Assembly: GCA_016866775.1 (NCBI GenBank)
Contig: VGLJ01000022.1
Location: 480 to 64,479 of the forward strand
DNA length: 64,000 nt
Reading direction: 5' to 3'
From: Candidatus Rokuibacteriota bacterium
GTDB lineage: Bacteria > Methylomirabilota > Methylomirabilia > Rokubacteriales > CSP1-6
A program made the translations under genes and the position numbers. Positions within the stretch are counted from its first letter, which is position 1. Every line of letters begins with the position of its first letter. Under the pieces are notes generated by a model. It was not told where the DNA came from. It saw only the letters and a program-made list of their open reading frames with translations, and searched no databases. This document shows, piece by piece, positions 1-8,900 of this stretch.

Positions 1-795
1 ACCGACATCGTCGACGGGTTCGAGAGCGTCGACGTTACCGATGGAGGGAGCGTCAGGCGGGCGATCGAGAAAGTCAGGCCCGATGTCGTGCTGCATCTGG
101 CGGCGGCGACTGACGTCGATCGGTGTGAGAAAGAGCCGGAGTGGGCGCGTCGGTCCAATGCCCTCGGGACCGAGAACGTCGTGCGGGCGTGTGAGGGAGC
201 TGGAGCCGTCCTCGTCTACGTCAGCACCGGGGCTGTGTTTTCGGGGGAGCAAGCGGAACCCTACGTCGAGAGCGATCCTCCCGGGCCCGTCAACGTGTAC
301 GCGAAAGCCAAGCTCGACGGCGAGTATGCCGTCGCCGCGCGGTTGTCGAAGTACTACATCGTGCGCGCCGGGTGGATGATGGGCGGGGGGAAGCGCGACA
401 CGAAGTTCGTCGGGAAGATGGCTGAGTTCATCGCCGCCGGGAGGACGCCGCTGCGCGCCGTGGCCGACATGCGCGGGACGCCGACGTATGCCCGCGATCT
501 GCTCGGCGCGGTGAAGCGGCTCCTCGCGACCGGCGCGTTCGGGCTCTATCACGCCGGCAACGCCGGAAGCTGCACGCGCTACGACATGGCGCTCGCGATC
601 CGTGAGTCGATCGGGCGCCCCGAGATCGTCGTGGAAGCCGTGGACTCGTCCGCGTTTCCCCTGCCGGCGCCGCGCGGGCGATCGGAAGCCATCCGCAGCC
701 TCGCGCTCGAGCGTCTCGGCTTCGCGCCGCGGCCCTGGCGCGACGCGCTTCACGCCTATGTGACGACGGAGCTCGCGCCGCGCCTGGGTGTGTGA
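1..795 (+). CDS. RmlD (dTDP-4-dehydrorhamnose reductase)-family NAD(P)-dependent reductase; 5' end cut by the window edge
   Basis: Frame 1 is open from nt 1. RmlD-like motifs LHLAAATDVDRCE, YVSTGAVF and PVNVYAKAKLDGE. The stop overlaps the next gene's start (GTGTGA). Confidence 0.65.
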   Translation, partial: TDIVDGFESVDVTDGGSVRRAIEKVRPDVVLHLAAATDVDRCEKEPEWARRSNALGTENVVRACEGAGAVLVYVSTGAVFSGEQAEPYVESDPPGPVNVYAKAKLDGEYAVAARLSKYYIVRAGWMMGGGKRDTKFVGKMAEFIAAGRTPLRAVADMRGTPTYARDLLGAVKRLLATGAFGLYHAGNAGSCTRYDMALAIRESIGRPEIVVEAVDSSAFPLPAPRGRSEAIRSLALERLGFAPRPWRDALHAYVTTELAPRLGV

Positions 796-1607
796 CCGCC
801 GTGCGTGAGCGCGTCACGCTCGTCCTGCCGCTCTTCAACCAGCTCCCGCTGACCCGGGTCTGCTTCGAGAGCCTGAAAGCGACCACCGAGCCGTTTCGCG
901 TGCTCGTGATCGACAACGGGTCGACCGACGGCACGCGCGAGTTCCTTCGCGCGTTTCCGTACGCCTACCCGCTGCAGGTCATCGAGAACGACGACAACCG
1001 GTCGGTGATCGCCTCGCTCAACCGCGCGTGGCCGGCGGTCGAGACGGAGCTCCTCTGCATCCTCCACAACGACACCGAGATGATCGATCCGACGTGGCTG
1101 ACGAAGCTCGTGCGCGCGTTCGACGACCCCACGGTCGGGATGACGGGACTCTTCGGCGCCAAGCGCATGCGTCGCGGCGGCCGGTACGTCGGCCGGACCA
1201 TCGTCCACAGCCTGGCCGAGGGGCCGACGGTGCGGGCGCCAGGCGAGGACGTCGTCTCCATCGACGCGGTGTGCATGTGCCTCCCGAAGCGCCTGCTCGA
1301 AGACATCGGCGGCCTCGACGAGCGCTACGGCTTCTATCACGGCTTCGACAAGGACCTGTCGCTCGCGGTGCGCGAGCGCGGGCTCCGGTGTCGCATCGTG
1401 CACGCGCCGTTCCGGCACCACGGCGGCGGCACGCGCGCGCGCGACTTTCGCCGCGACCCCGCGCGCGAGCAGCGCGACATCGCGCTCCGCAAGGGGGCGA
1501 TCGATCACCTCATGACGAAATGGGGCCATCGCATGCCGGCGGACGCGCGGCGGCTCGGGGCGCGGGTGCGGGAGTGGCTCGCGTCGCGGTATCCTTGGCG
1601 CCCATGA
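792..1607 (+). CDS. family 2 glycosyltransferase
   Basis: 271-aa ORF with a GTG start. GT2 hallmarks VLVIDNGSTDGT and a DxD-like region; no alternative fold fits. The TGA overlaps dapF's ATG (ATGA). Confidence 0.7.
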   Translation: MTAVRERVTLVLPLFNQLPLTRVCFESLKATTEPFRVLVIDNGSTDGTREFLRAFPYAYPLQVIENDDNRSVIASLNRAWPAVETELLCILHNDTEMIDPTWLTKLVRAFDDPTVGMTGLFGAKRMRRGGRYVGRTIVHSLAEGPTVRAPGEDVVSIDAVCMCLPKRLLEDIGGLDERYGFYHGFDKDLSLAVRERGLRCRIVHAPFRHHGGGTRARDFRRDPAREQRDIALRKGAIDHLMTKWGHRMPADARRLGARVREWLASRYPWRP

Positions 1608-2467
1608 TCCCTTTCGCGAAGGGCCACGGCCTCGGCAACGACTACCTCGTGATGGAAGAGCGCCATCTGCCCGCGCCGCTCTCCGAGAGCGCGATCGTCA
1701 GGATCTGCGACCGCAACTGGGGCGTCGGCTCCGACGGCATCCTGCTGCTCGTGCCGTCGTCACGCGCGGACTTCGGGCTCAGGATCTTCAATCCCGACGG
1801 GAGCGAGGCGGAGAAGTCGGGCAACGGCCTCAGAATCTTCGCGAAGTATCTGTGGGACCACGGCCACGCGAAGAAGGAGCGCTTCTCCGTCGACACCAAG
1901 GGCGGCCTCGTCGAATGCGCGTGCCACGTCAAGGACGGACGTGTCGGCTTCGTCACCGTCGAGATGGGCCGCGCGACGTTCCGTGCGCCCGAGGTCCCGA
2001 TGACGGGCCCCGATGCCGACGCGGTCGGTCTCCCGCTCACGCTCGACGACGGCACGCGGCTGACGGTCACCGCCGTCTCCGTCGGCAACCCGCATTGCGT
2101 CGTCTTCACCGACCATCTCGACGAGGCGCAAGTGAAACGGCTCGGCCCGATGATCGAGCGGCACGCGGCGTTTCCCAATCGGATCAACGTCCAGTTCGCG
2201 CGCCGGCTCGGTCGCGACGCCATCGAGATCATGATCTGGGAGCGCGGAGCGGGGTGGACGCTCGCGTCCGGCACCTCGTCGTGCGGCGCCGCGTCCGCCG
2301 CCGTGCGGAACGGCCACTGCGAGCACGGACGCGTCAGCGTGCGCATGCCCGGCGGCGAGCTCATCATCGAGGTGCGTCGCGACTGGTCGCTCCGGCTCGA
2401 AGGCCCGGTCGAGCTGGTCTGCGCGGGCACGCTCACGACGGAGTTCTTCGAACGCGCGCGCCGATGA
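1604..2467 (+). CDS. dapF: diaminopimelate epimerase
   Basis: HGLGNDYLV N-terminus, SGNGLR and NPHCVVF motifs. 288 codons lying inside the longer track ORF 1028..2467. Confidence 0.85.
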   Translation: MIPFAKGHGLGNDYLVMEERHLPAPLSESAIVRICDRNWGVGSDGILLLVPSSRADFGLRIFNPDGSEAEKSGNGLRIFAKYLWDHGHAKKERFSVDTKGGLVECACHVKDGRVGFVTVEMGRATFRAPEVPMTGPDADAVGLPLTLDDGTRLTVTAVSVGNPHCVVFTDHLDEAQVKRLGPMIERHAAFPNRINVQFARRLGRDAIEIMIWERGAGWTLASGTSSCGAASAAVRNGHCEHGRVSVRMPGGELIIEVRRDWSLRLEGPVELVCAGTLTTEFFERARR

Positions 2468-3048
2468 CGCGGATCTGCGTCTTCTGCGGGTCGAGCGTCG
2501 GCGTGCGCCCCGCGTATGCGGACGCCGCGCGCCTGCTCGCGGCGGAGCTCATCGACCGGAAGCTGGGTCTCGTGTACGGGGGCGGCTCGGTCGGTCTCAT
2601 GGGCGTGGTCGCGGACGCTGTGCTGGCGGCGGGTGGGGAAGTCATCGGCGTCATCCCCGGCCCGCTCGCGTCGCGCGAGCTCGCGCACAGAGGCGTCACC
2701 GAGCTGCGCGTGGTCGCCAGCATGCACGAGCGCAAGGCGACGATGGCCGAGCTCGCGGATGCCTTCATCGCGCTGCCCGGCGGCTTCGGCACGCTCGAGG
2801 AGACGCTCGAGATCCTCACCTGGGCGCAGCTCGGCATCCATCGCAAACCCATCGCCGTCATGAACGTCGACGGCTACTACGACGGGCTCTTGCGCCTGCT
2901 GACCCACGCCGTGCGCGAGGGTTTCATACGACCCGAGTACTTCGCGCTGCTGCTGTTCGGCGACACGCCGGCGGAGGTGCTCGACAAGATCGCGGCGTGG
3001 CAGCCGGCCGACTTCCCGCGCGCCTGGCTCGCTCGGTCGCAGACCTGA
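2464..3048 (+). CDS. LOG family (TIGR00730) cytokinin riboside 5'-monophosphate phosphoribohydrolase-like protein
   Basis: MTRICVFCGSS start and LPGGFGTLEE motif; 195 aa. ATGA overlap with the dapF stop. Confidence 0.8.
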   Translation: MTRICVFCGSSVGVRPAYADAARLLAAELIDRKLGLVYGGGSVGLMGVVADAVLAAGGEVIGVIPGPLASRELAHRGVTELRVVASMHERKATMAELADAFIALPGGFGTLEETLEILTWAQLGIHRKPIAVMNVDGYYDGLLRLLTHAVREGFIRPEYFALLLFGDTPAEVLDKIAAWQPADFPRAWLARSQT

Positions 3049-3061
3049 GAGAGGAGACGCG

Positions 3062-3685
3062 ATGGTCACGCGGGAGATGCTCGCGCTGCTGGAGGAGCTC
3101 GGGACCACCGAGCACCGCCCGGGACGACGGCCGCTGCTCGAGCACCTCGAGGGCACGCGCGCGGTCCTCGCGCGCTGGGGCACGCCCACGGAGATCTGTC
3201 TCGCGGGGCGCTTCCACAGCGTCAGTACCTTGAAGAGCTTCAGGCCGCGCTCCGCCTCTCTGCGGGCCGTCCCCGTCGCCGTCGTGCTGTCGAAGACCGA
3301 CGCGCTGAGCATCGGCATCCCGCCGGCCCAGGACAGCCTTCAGCCAGACGACCCGGCGTCCGGAAAGATCCGCCAGTGGTTGATCGACCATGGCGAGGGC
3401 AACCTCGTTCGGAGCATCGAGCACGACTTCCCGCGCGTCCGCTATTTCTCGTGTAGCGCCCTTGGGCACCTCCCGGATGGCACGCGCGCGTTTCGACCCG
3501 CGGGCATCCTGCCACCGCTGCAGTGGGCGCTCGAGCGGCACGCACCGAGCGCCGCAATGGGAACAGCCACCCGCATCGGATGGAAGCGAGAGGCGATCGG
3601 CAACGCATTCGGGGTCCTCGTTGCCTCGCTCGCACTCTTGCTACTGTGTCTTGTGGGAGTGTCCCTGCTCTTTCGAGTCTTGTGA
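3062..3685 (+). CDS. hypothetical protein with a C-terminal transmembrane anchor
   Basis: 207-aa ORF in a non-junk amino-acid composition. Hydrophobic tail FGVLVASLALLLLCLVGVSLLF. Internal SKTD and CSA resemble GTPase G4/G5 remnants, but there is no P-loop. Confidence 0.4.
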   Translation: MVTREMLALLEELGTTEHRPGRRPLLEHLEGTRAVLARWGTPTEICLAGRFHSVSTLKSFRPRSASLRAVPVAVVLSKTDALSIGIPPAQDSLQPDDPASGKIRQWLIDHGEGNLVRSIEHDFPRVRYFSCSALGHLPDGTRAFRPAGILPPLQWALERHAPSAAMGTATRIGWKREAIGNAFGVLVASLALLLLCLVGVSLLFRVL

Positions 3686-3686
3686 C

Positions 3687-4052
3687 ATGGGCCGGTACGT
3701 CGACACCAATCTGGTCGCGGGCGAACACGTGGTCTATGAGGCGCGGCTCCACTGGATCATATTCGTTTCCGTCGAGGCGGCCGCGACGCTCTGGCTTGGG
3801 CCGGTCATCGAGCGGGCCTGCACGGAGATCGCCATCACGAACAAGCGGATCATCATCAAACTGGGCTGGCTCCAGCGACGGACGCTCGAGATGAATCTCG
3901 GGAAGGTCGAGTCGGTGAACGTCGACCAAAGCGTCCTTCGGCGCTTGCTCGACTATGGCTCTATCACGATCACGGGAGCGGGCGGAACGCGAGAGCTCTT
4001 CCACAACATCGAGCGGCCACTCGAATTCAGGAAGGCGTTCCAGGCACTCTAG
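3687..4052 (+). CDS. bacterial PH-domain (bPH_2/DUF304, YdbS/YdbT-like) protein
   Basis: 121 aa starting MGRYVDTNLVAGEHVVYEARLHW with one hydrophobic segment, the typical bPH_2 layout. Its ATG lies 1 nt after the previous stop. Confidence 0.55.
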   Translation: MGRYVDTNLVAGEHVVYEARLHWIIFVSVEAAATLWLGPVIERACTEIAITNKRIIIKLGWLQRRTLEMNLGKVESVNVDQSVLRRLLDYGSITITGAGGTRELFHNIERPLEFRKAFQAL

Positions 4053-4774
4053 CCGCGCAGGCGCGCGAGGACCGGCATCGCCGCGATCTGCTCGTCGCTC
4101 AGCTCGTCCCAGCGGATGCCGCGCGGCTTGGCGCGCGTGCCGCGAGCACGGATCACGCGCTCCGGCGTGACGATCAGGTTCAGCGGGACGTCGTGCGACG
4201 TCATCGGGATCGTGTCACGCACCACCTGGAGCTCGTGCACCGTGGTCAGGACCGGCGTGCGGGCGTCGACCGCGCCCAGCTCGCGCGCCAGCGCCCACTC
4301 GAGATCGCTGTAGCCGCCGCCCTTGCCGAGCCGGTGCCCCTTCGCGTTCACCGCGACGCTTCCCGCGACGACGAGGTCGATCTTGCCGAGCGCCTCCGGC
4401 CCGACGGGTTCGCCGAGGCGTGAGGCGCCGCCGATCGTCGCCGCTTCGGCGAGCCGGCCCTCGAGGCGGCGCGGATCGAGCCGGATGAAGCACTTCGCCT
4501 CGGCGAGGCGCGGCACCGCCACGAAGATGGTCTTGCCTTCCTGCAGCGCACGCAGCCGCACCGGCCGTTGCGGCGCGTCGGGATTGCATTTCAGGCGGCG
4601 CGCCGCGTTCCACTCCGGCAGCGTCGCCGCGCGCAGCGCCGCGGCCTCGGCACCGATGAAGTTCGGGATCCGGTCCTCGATCGGGAACGGGAAGCGCGCG
4701 ACGCGACGCGCGGCGAGTCGGCGCCAGACGCGCGTGCGGAGCGCGGCTTTGGTCGGGCGGCGGGACGCCGTCAA
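4049..4774 (-). CDS. 5-formyltetrahydrofolate cyclo-ligase family protein
   Basis: GHRLGKGGGYSD and DVPLNLIVTPERV match the YgfA-type G(M/K)GGG(F/Y)YD and C-terminal motifs. The proposed TTG start overlaps the upstream stop (TTGA). The 3' end overlaps the convergent bPH_2 stop at CTAG. Confidence 0.55.
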   Translation of the reverse strand: MTASRRPTKAALRTRVWRRLAARRVARFPFPIEDRIPNFIGAEAAALRAATLPEWNAARRLKCNPDAPQRPVRLRALQEGKTIFVAVPRLAEAKCFIRLDPRRLEGRLAEAATIGGASRLGEPVGPEALGKIDLVVAGSVAVNAKGHRLGKGGGYSDLEWALARELGAVDARTPVLTTVHELQVVRDTIPMTSHDVPLNLIVTPERVIRARGTRAKPRGIRWDELSDEQIAAMPVLARLRG

Positions 4775-5913
4775 ATCGCCCGCGTGACGGGCAGCGGAGC
4801 GGAGGGCAGACGCGTGTCGCGCGCGGCGGTCGACACGCGACGCTCGAACGCGAGCGCGGCAAGCGTGGACAGAGCGGCGGCCATCGTCGTGACGGCGAGC
4901 GCCACGAGCGCGTCGAGCGCATCGGGGTGCACGTGCGCGAAGGCCGGCGAGCGCAGGAGCATGAACGCGTTGACGGCGTACAGGCCGAGACCGCACGCGA
5001 TGCCCGCGAGGAGCGGTCGCCGCCGCGCGTCGAACAGCACCATCAGGAGCGCCGGCACGACCGGCAGGAGGCGGGTGGTGAATCCGCGGCCCGGCGTCGC
5101 GCCGTTGCGCCTGGCGATCTCGTGCGCGACGGCGATCGGCGACGCCGGATCCGAGAGCGCGTCGCCGAGGTCGGGCGTGGGCTGCAGGATCGCCATGCCG
5201 ACGTCGCCGACCCCGATGGCCGCGAGCTGCAGCACGACGCCGCCGATGCCGACGACGAGCGGCACCGCCCGCGATCGCGCCAGCCGCGACGTCAGCAGGA
5301 GCGTGAACGTGAAGAACAGCGCGCCCAGCATCGCGAACGTGAAGAACCGTACGCCTCCGTAGAGGAACGCCGTCCGCAACGACGGATCGACGGCGGTCTG
5401 GAGCCCTGAGAACAGCAGCAGTCCGGAGAGCGCGAACGCGACGGCGCGCGCGCGCCCGCCCTCCGGCCACGCCTCCCGCGCGATGAGGAGGCACGCGAGG
5501 CTGTTGACCTGCGCGCCGGCGAGGCCGAGCAGATGCGGCGGGCTCCACAGCGTGACGTCGATGCCGAAGAGCCGGTGCCAGAGGTCGTCGATCGGCGCCG
5601 CGATGATCGTCAGCGCGATGCCCCACCACGCGAGGTGGTAGCCGCGCGAGCCGACGAGCCCGGCGATCCGCAGGCTGTCCCGCGGCGCCTGGCCGCGGCG
5701 TGCGAGCCACGTCTCCCGCGCGAGCACGACGAGCGAGAGCATCGTGATCAGCGCCACGCCCGAGTAGGTCATCACGTGCGGCGGGATCCAGAACGAATCG
5801 CGCCCGATGACGATGTGCCAGCGAATGTCCCAGCCGACGCCGATGCCGGCGATGGCCTTGGCGGCGAGGAGACCCCACAGCACCGAGCGCCGGAGGCTCA
5901 GCGTCGCGTCCAC
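4771..5913 (-). CDS. polytopic integral membrane protein of unknown function
   Basis: 380 aa with roughly 8-10 hydrophobic helices and no recognised motif. Confidence 0.5.
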   Translation of the reverse strand: MDATLSLRRSVLWGLLAAKAIAGIGVGWDIRWHIVIGRDSFWIPPHVMTYSGVALITMLSLVVLARETWLARRGQAPRDSLRIAGLVGSRGYHLAWWGIALTIIAAPIDDLWHRLFGIDVTLWSPPHLLGLAGAQVNSLACLLIAREAWPEGGRARAVAFALSGLLLFSGLQTAVDPSLRTAFLYGGVRFFTFAMLGALFFTFTLLLTSRLARSRAVPLVVGIGGVVLQLAAIGVGDVGMAILQPTPDLGDALSDPASPIAVAHEIARRNGATPGRGFTTRLLPVVPALLMVLFDARRRPLLAGIACGLGLYAVNAFMLLRSPAFAHVHPDALDALVALAVTTMAAALSTLAALAFERRVSTAARDTRLPSAPLPVTRAI

Positions 5914-7625
5914 GTCAGGAGGTCCTCGAGCCCGCGCGTGTTGAGCACCTGCGCGGGCCCGATCCAGGCGCGGCGCGCGACCGTCACGCCGAGCTCGATG
6001 TGGTCGAGCTCCGGGAGCCCGTGCGTGTCGGTGGTGATCGCGATGGGAATCCCGTGCTCGGCCGCGCGCCGCGCGTGCGCGTCCGGGAGATCGAGCCGTT
6101 CCGGCGAGCTGTTGATCTCGACGGCTTTGCCGTGGCGCTTCGCCGCCGCGAACACGGCGTCGAGATCGACGTCGTACGGCTCGCGCGTGCCGATGCGGCG
6201 GCCCGTCGGGTGGACGAGGATGTCGACGTGCGGATGCTCGAGCGCGCGGACGATGCGGCTCGTCATCGCGGCGCGCTCCTGCTTGAAGCGCGAGTGCACC
6301 GCGGCGAGCACCACGTCGAGCCCCGCCAGCTCCTCGTCGGGGAAATCCATGCGCCCGTCGGCGAGAATGTCACACTCGCTCCCGGCGAGGATACGAATCT
6401 TGAAGCGCGGCTGGATCTGGCGGATGAGCGTTCGCTGCGCGCGGAGCCGCTCGACCGTCAACCCGTTCGCGATGGCGGTCGACTGCGAGTGGTCGGAGAC
6501 GATGATGTACTCGTAGCCGCGCGCCTCGGCCGCGGCGATGAGCGTGTCGAGCGGGTGGCGGCCGTCCGACCAGTCCGTGTGCGCGTGCAGGTCGCCGCGC
6601 ATGTCGGCCGTCGTCACCAGCGCGGGGAGGGCTCCCGCGCGCGCCGCCTCGATCTCGCCGCCGTTCTCACGCAGCTCGGGCGGGATCCACGGCAATCCGA
6701 CCGCCGCGTACACGTCGTCCTCGGTCGCGCCGGCGATGCGGGCGCCCGTCGCCTCGTCGAACACGCCGTACTCGCTCAGGCGCAGCCCCTTGCGCACGGC
6801 GATCTCACGCACCCGGACGTTGTGGTCCTTGCTGCCGGTGAAGTACTGCAACGCCGCGCCGAACGCCTCGGGCTCCACGACGCGCAGGTCGACGTGCAGC
6901 CCCTCCTGGTGGAGGATCGTCGCGCGCGTCGGCCCGTGGCCGAGCACTTCCGCGGTCGAGGGGAGATGCGTGAACGTGTGCATCACGCGCATGGGCTCGC
7001 GCGAGGTCACGAGGATGTCGATATCCTTCACGGTCTCGCGGCCCCGGCGCAGGGATCCCGCAATCTGAATGTCGTCGATCCCGCCATGAGCGCGGAGAAC
7101 GTCGACGACCTGCCCGGCGATCGCGCGCGCCACGTGCAGCGGCGTCCGCGTGCGCCCGGCGCGCCACGCGCTGATGCCTTTGAGGATCTTGTCGCGCGTC
7201 TTCTCGCGGACGCCCGCGACGCCGATGATCCGGCCGGTGCGGCACGCCTCCTCGAGCTGCTCGATCGTGCCGATCCCGAGCTTCTCGTGGAGCGCGCGCG
7301 CCGTCTTCGGCCCGAGCCCGCGCACCTCGAGCAGCATGGGGAACGCGGCCGGCAGGTCGCCGCGGAGCTGCTCGACGTGGCGCATCGCCCCCGTCGCCAG
7401 GTATTCCTCGATCCGCGCGGCCAGCTCCTTGCCGATCCCGGGCAGCCCCTGGAGCCCGCCACGCGCGGCGACGGCGCCCACGTCCTCGCCCAGGGTCTCG
7501 AGCGTCTGGGCGGCGCGCTGGTAGGCGCGGATGCGAAACCGGCTCTCCTGGCGGGCGTCGAGGAGCGCGGCAATCTCGTGGAAAAGCCGCGCGATTTCGA
7601 AGTTTTTCACCCCGCCATGGTACAC
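5898..7625 (-). CDS. polX: DNA polymerase X family protein with a C-terminal PHP phosphoesterase domain
   Basis: 575 aa. Helix-hairpin-helix GLPGIGKELA and GLGPKTA, a Pol beta-like palm (DIDILV), and PHP motifs DLHAHTDWSDG and HVDILVHPTGR. Confidence 0.9.
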   Translation of the reverse strand: MYHGGVKNFEIARLFHEIAALLDARQESRFRIRAYQRAAQTLETLGEDVGAVAARGGLQGLPGIGKELAARIEEYLATGAMRHVEQLRGDLPAAFPMLLEVRGLGPKTARALHEKLGIGTIEQLEEACRTGRIIGVAGVREKTRDKILKGISAWRAGRTRTPLHVARAIAGQVVDVLRAHGGIDDIQIAGSLRRGRETVKDIDILVTSREPMRVMHTFTHLPSTAEVLGHGPTRATILHQEGLHVDLRVVEPEAFGAALQYFTGSKDHNVRVREIAVRKGLRLSEYGVFDEATGARIAGATEDDVYAAVGLPWIPPELRENGGEIEAARAGALPALVTTADMRGDLHAHTDWSDGRHPLDTLIAAAEARGYEYIIVSDHSQSTAIANGLTVERLRAQRTLIRQIQPRFKIRILAGSECDILADGRMDFPDEELAGLDVVLAAVHSRFKQERAAMTSRIVRALEHPHVDILVHPTGRRIGTREPYDVDLDAVFAAAKRHGKAVEINSSPERLDLPDAHARRAAEHGIPIAITTDTHGLPELDHIELGVTVARRAWIGPAQVLNTRGLEDLLTWTRR

Positions 7626-7635
7626 TCCGCGAGCG

Positions 7636-8004
7636 GTGATCGCAGGCTGGTGCTGGGATCTGGTGGAGCCCTACCTCCGCCGTAACCTCCTCAATCGCGG
7701 CGTCGAACGCCCGACGCGCAAGCAGGTCCTCGAAGAATTCGCTCGGGTTTGGCCGGATTTCACCGCCACTATCGGTGTACAAGAGCCATGGGCAGGCACC
7801 ATCCGGTTCAAATGGCTGGTCCGCCTCGGGCCCGAGGACATGACGCCGTTCCTCGACGGGCCCGAGGGCTGGATCGCCGACCGCTTCGGCGGCGGCAAGT
7901 TCAAGATGAATCTGCACCACGGCCTGCACTTCGTGAACACGAAGAACTTCAAGCCGGACGGCGCGCCGCGCTGGCAGGACGCGCCGGAGCTCGCGCTCGA
8001 TTGA
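7636..8004 (+). CDS. hypothetical small protein
   Basis: The protein-like composition (KFKMNLHHGLHFVNTKNFKPDG) contrasts with the Arg/Ala-rich shadow frames. The GTG start is a guess. Its TGA overlaps the next ATG (TGATG). Confidence 0.35.
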   Translation: MIAGWCWDLVEPYLRRNLLNRGVERPTRKQVLEEFARVWPDFTATIGVQEPWAGTIRFKWLVRLGPEDMTPFLDGPEGWIADRFGGGKFKMNLHHGLHFVNTKNFKPDGAPRWQDAPELALD

Positions 8005-8900
8005 TGGCGCTCGTCGACGCCAGCGGCGTCTCGCTGCCGACCGAGCACCCGCGCCGCCGCATCGTCTCGCTGATCCCGAGCACCACCGAATTGCTCTGCG
8101 CTCTCGGGCTCGCCGACTGCCTCGTTGGGATCACGGCGTATTGTCGGGAACCGGCTCATGTCACGCGCACGAAGATCCGCATCGGCGGCGAGAAGGATCC
8201 CGACCTCGACAGGATCAAGGCGCTCGCGCCCGATCTGGTGATCGCGAACGTCGAGGAGAACCGCGCCGCCCACGTGGAAACGCTGCGCGGGTGGGGGATC
8301 CCGGTGTGGGTGACCTATCCGCGCACGGTCGACGCCGCGCTCGCGATGATCCGCGAGGTCGGCGAGGTGACCGGCGCCCGCGCCACCGCCGCGCGCATGC
8401 TCGCGGAGCTCGAGCCGCTGGTCGCGCGCACACGCGCGACGATGGCGCGGCGCGCGCCCGTCGCGGTGTTCTACGCGATCTGGCGTGATCCCTACATGAC
8501 GGTGGGGCCCGACACGTACGTGCACGACGTGCTCACGCTGTGCGGCGCCGCCAACGTGTTCGGCGACGCGACGGACCGCTATCCCGCCGTGACGCTCGAT
8601 GCCGTCGCGGCGCGCGCGCCCGGCATCATCGTGCTCCCCGACGAGCCGTTCCGGTTCCGCGCCGTCCACCGGCGCGACTTCGACGCGTACCCCGACGTCC
8701 CCGCGGTGCGCGACGGCCGCATCCTCCTCGTCGACGGCAAGCCGTTCACGTGGCACGGCCCGCGCCTCGCCGACGCGCTCCGCACGCTCCCGCGGCTGTT
8801 TCATCCGGATCTACATGGGGGGTGCGAGGCGCACCCCCCAAGCCCCCCACGCTCCGGGCCCGGAATGAATCCGGGCCCTCCGCGAGTGCCGAGACCATGA
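8004..8900 (+). CDS. BtuF/TroA-like periplasmic-binding-protein-fold protein (Peripla_BP_2), with no obvious signal peptide
   Basis: IVSLIPSTTELLCALGL...VGIT and DLVIAN motifs. The last ~29 codons are encoded by a repeat element. The stop overlaps the kinase ATG (ATGA). Confidence 0.6.
   Translation: MALVDASGVSLPTEHPRRRIVSLIPSTTELLCALGLADCLVGITAYCREPAHVTRTKIRIGGEKDPDLDRIKALAPDLVIANVEENRAAHVETLRGWGIPVWVTYPRTVDAALAMIREVGEVTGARATAARMLAELEPLVARTRATMARRAPVAVFYAIWRDPYMTVGPDTYVHDVLTLCGAANVFGDATDRYPAVTLDAVAARAPGIIVLPDEPFRFRAVHRRDFDAYPDVPAVRDGRILLVDGKPFTWHGPRLADALRTLPRLFHPDLHGGCEAHPPSPPRSGPGMNPGPPRVPRP
8814..8888. repeat. GC-rich double-hairpin repeat, family 1, copy A
   Basis: CATGGGGGG-TGCGAGGCGCA-CCCCCC hairpin, then AAGCCCCCC ACGCTCCGG GCCCGGAATGAATCCGGGCCC (a second hairpin), then TCCGCGAGTG. 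About 85% identical to copies at 12489 and 50276. Confidence 0.8.

Noticed and set aside
1028-1603. The upstream 5' extension of track ORF 1028..2467, overlapping the GT2 gene in another frame
   Set aside because: Only the part from the ATG at 1604 matches DapF. The extension is Arg-rich junk and would overlap a well-supported gene.
4775-5878. The upstream 5' extension of track ORF 4049..5878
   Set aside because: It has Arg/Ala-rich composition and overlaps the membrane-protein gene in another frame. The conserved cyclo-ligase region begins at the TTGA junction.
6000-7685. Long antisense ORFs opposite real genes: 561 aa at 6000..7685 +; 679 aa at 8801..10840 -; 553 aa at 10850..12511 -; 714 aa at 56401..58545 -; 797 aa at 59478..61871 -
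   Set aside because: These are Arg/Ala/Gly/Pro-rich translations with no motifs, typical of stop-poor shadow frames in 70% GC DNA. The opposite strand carries well-supported genes (PolX, kinase, LivHM, amidohydrolase).
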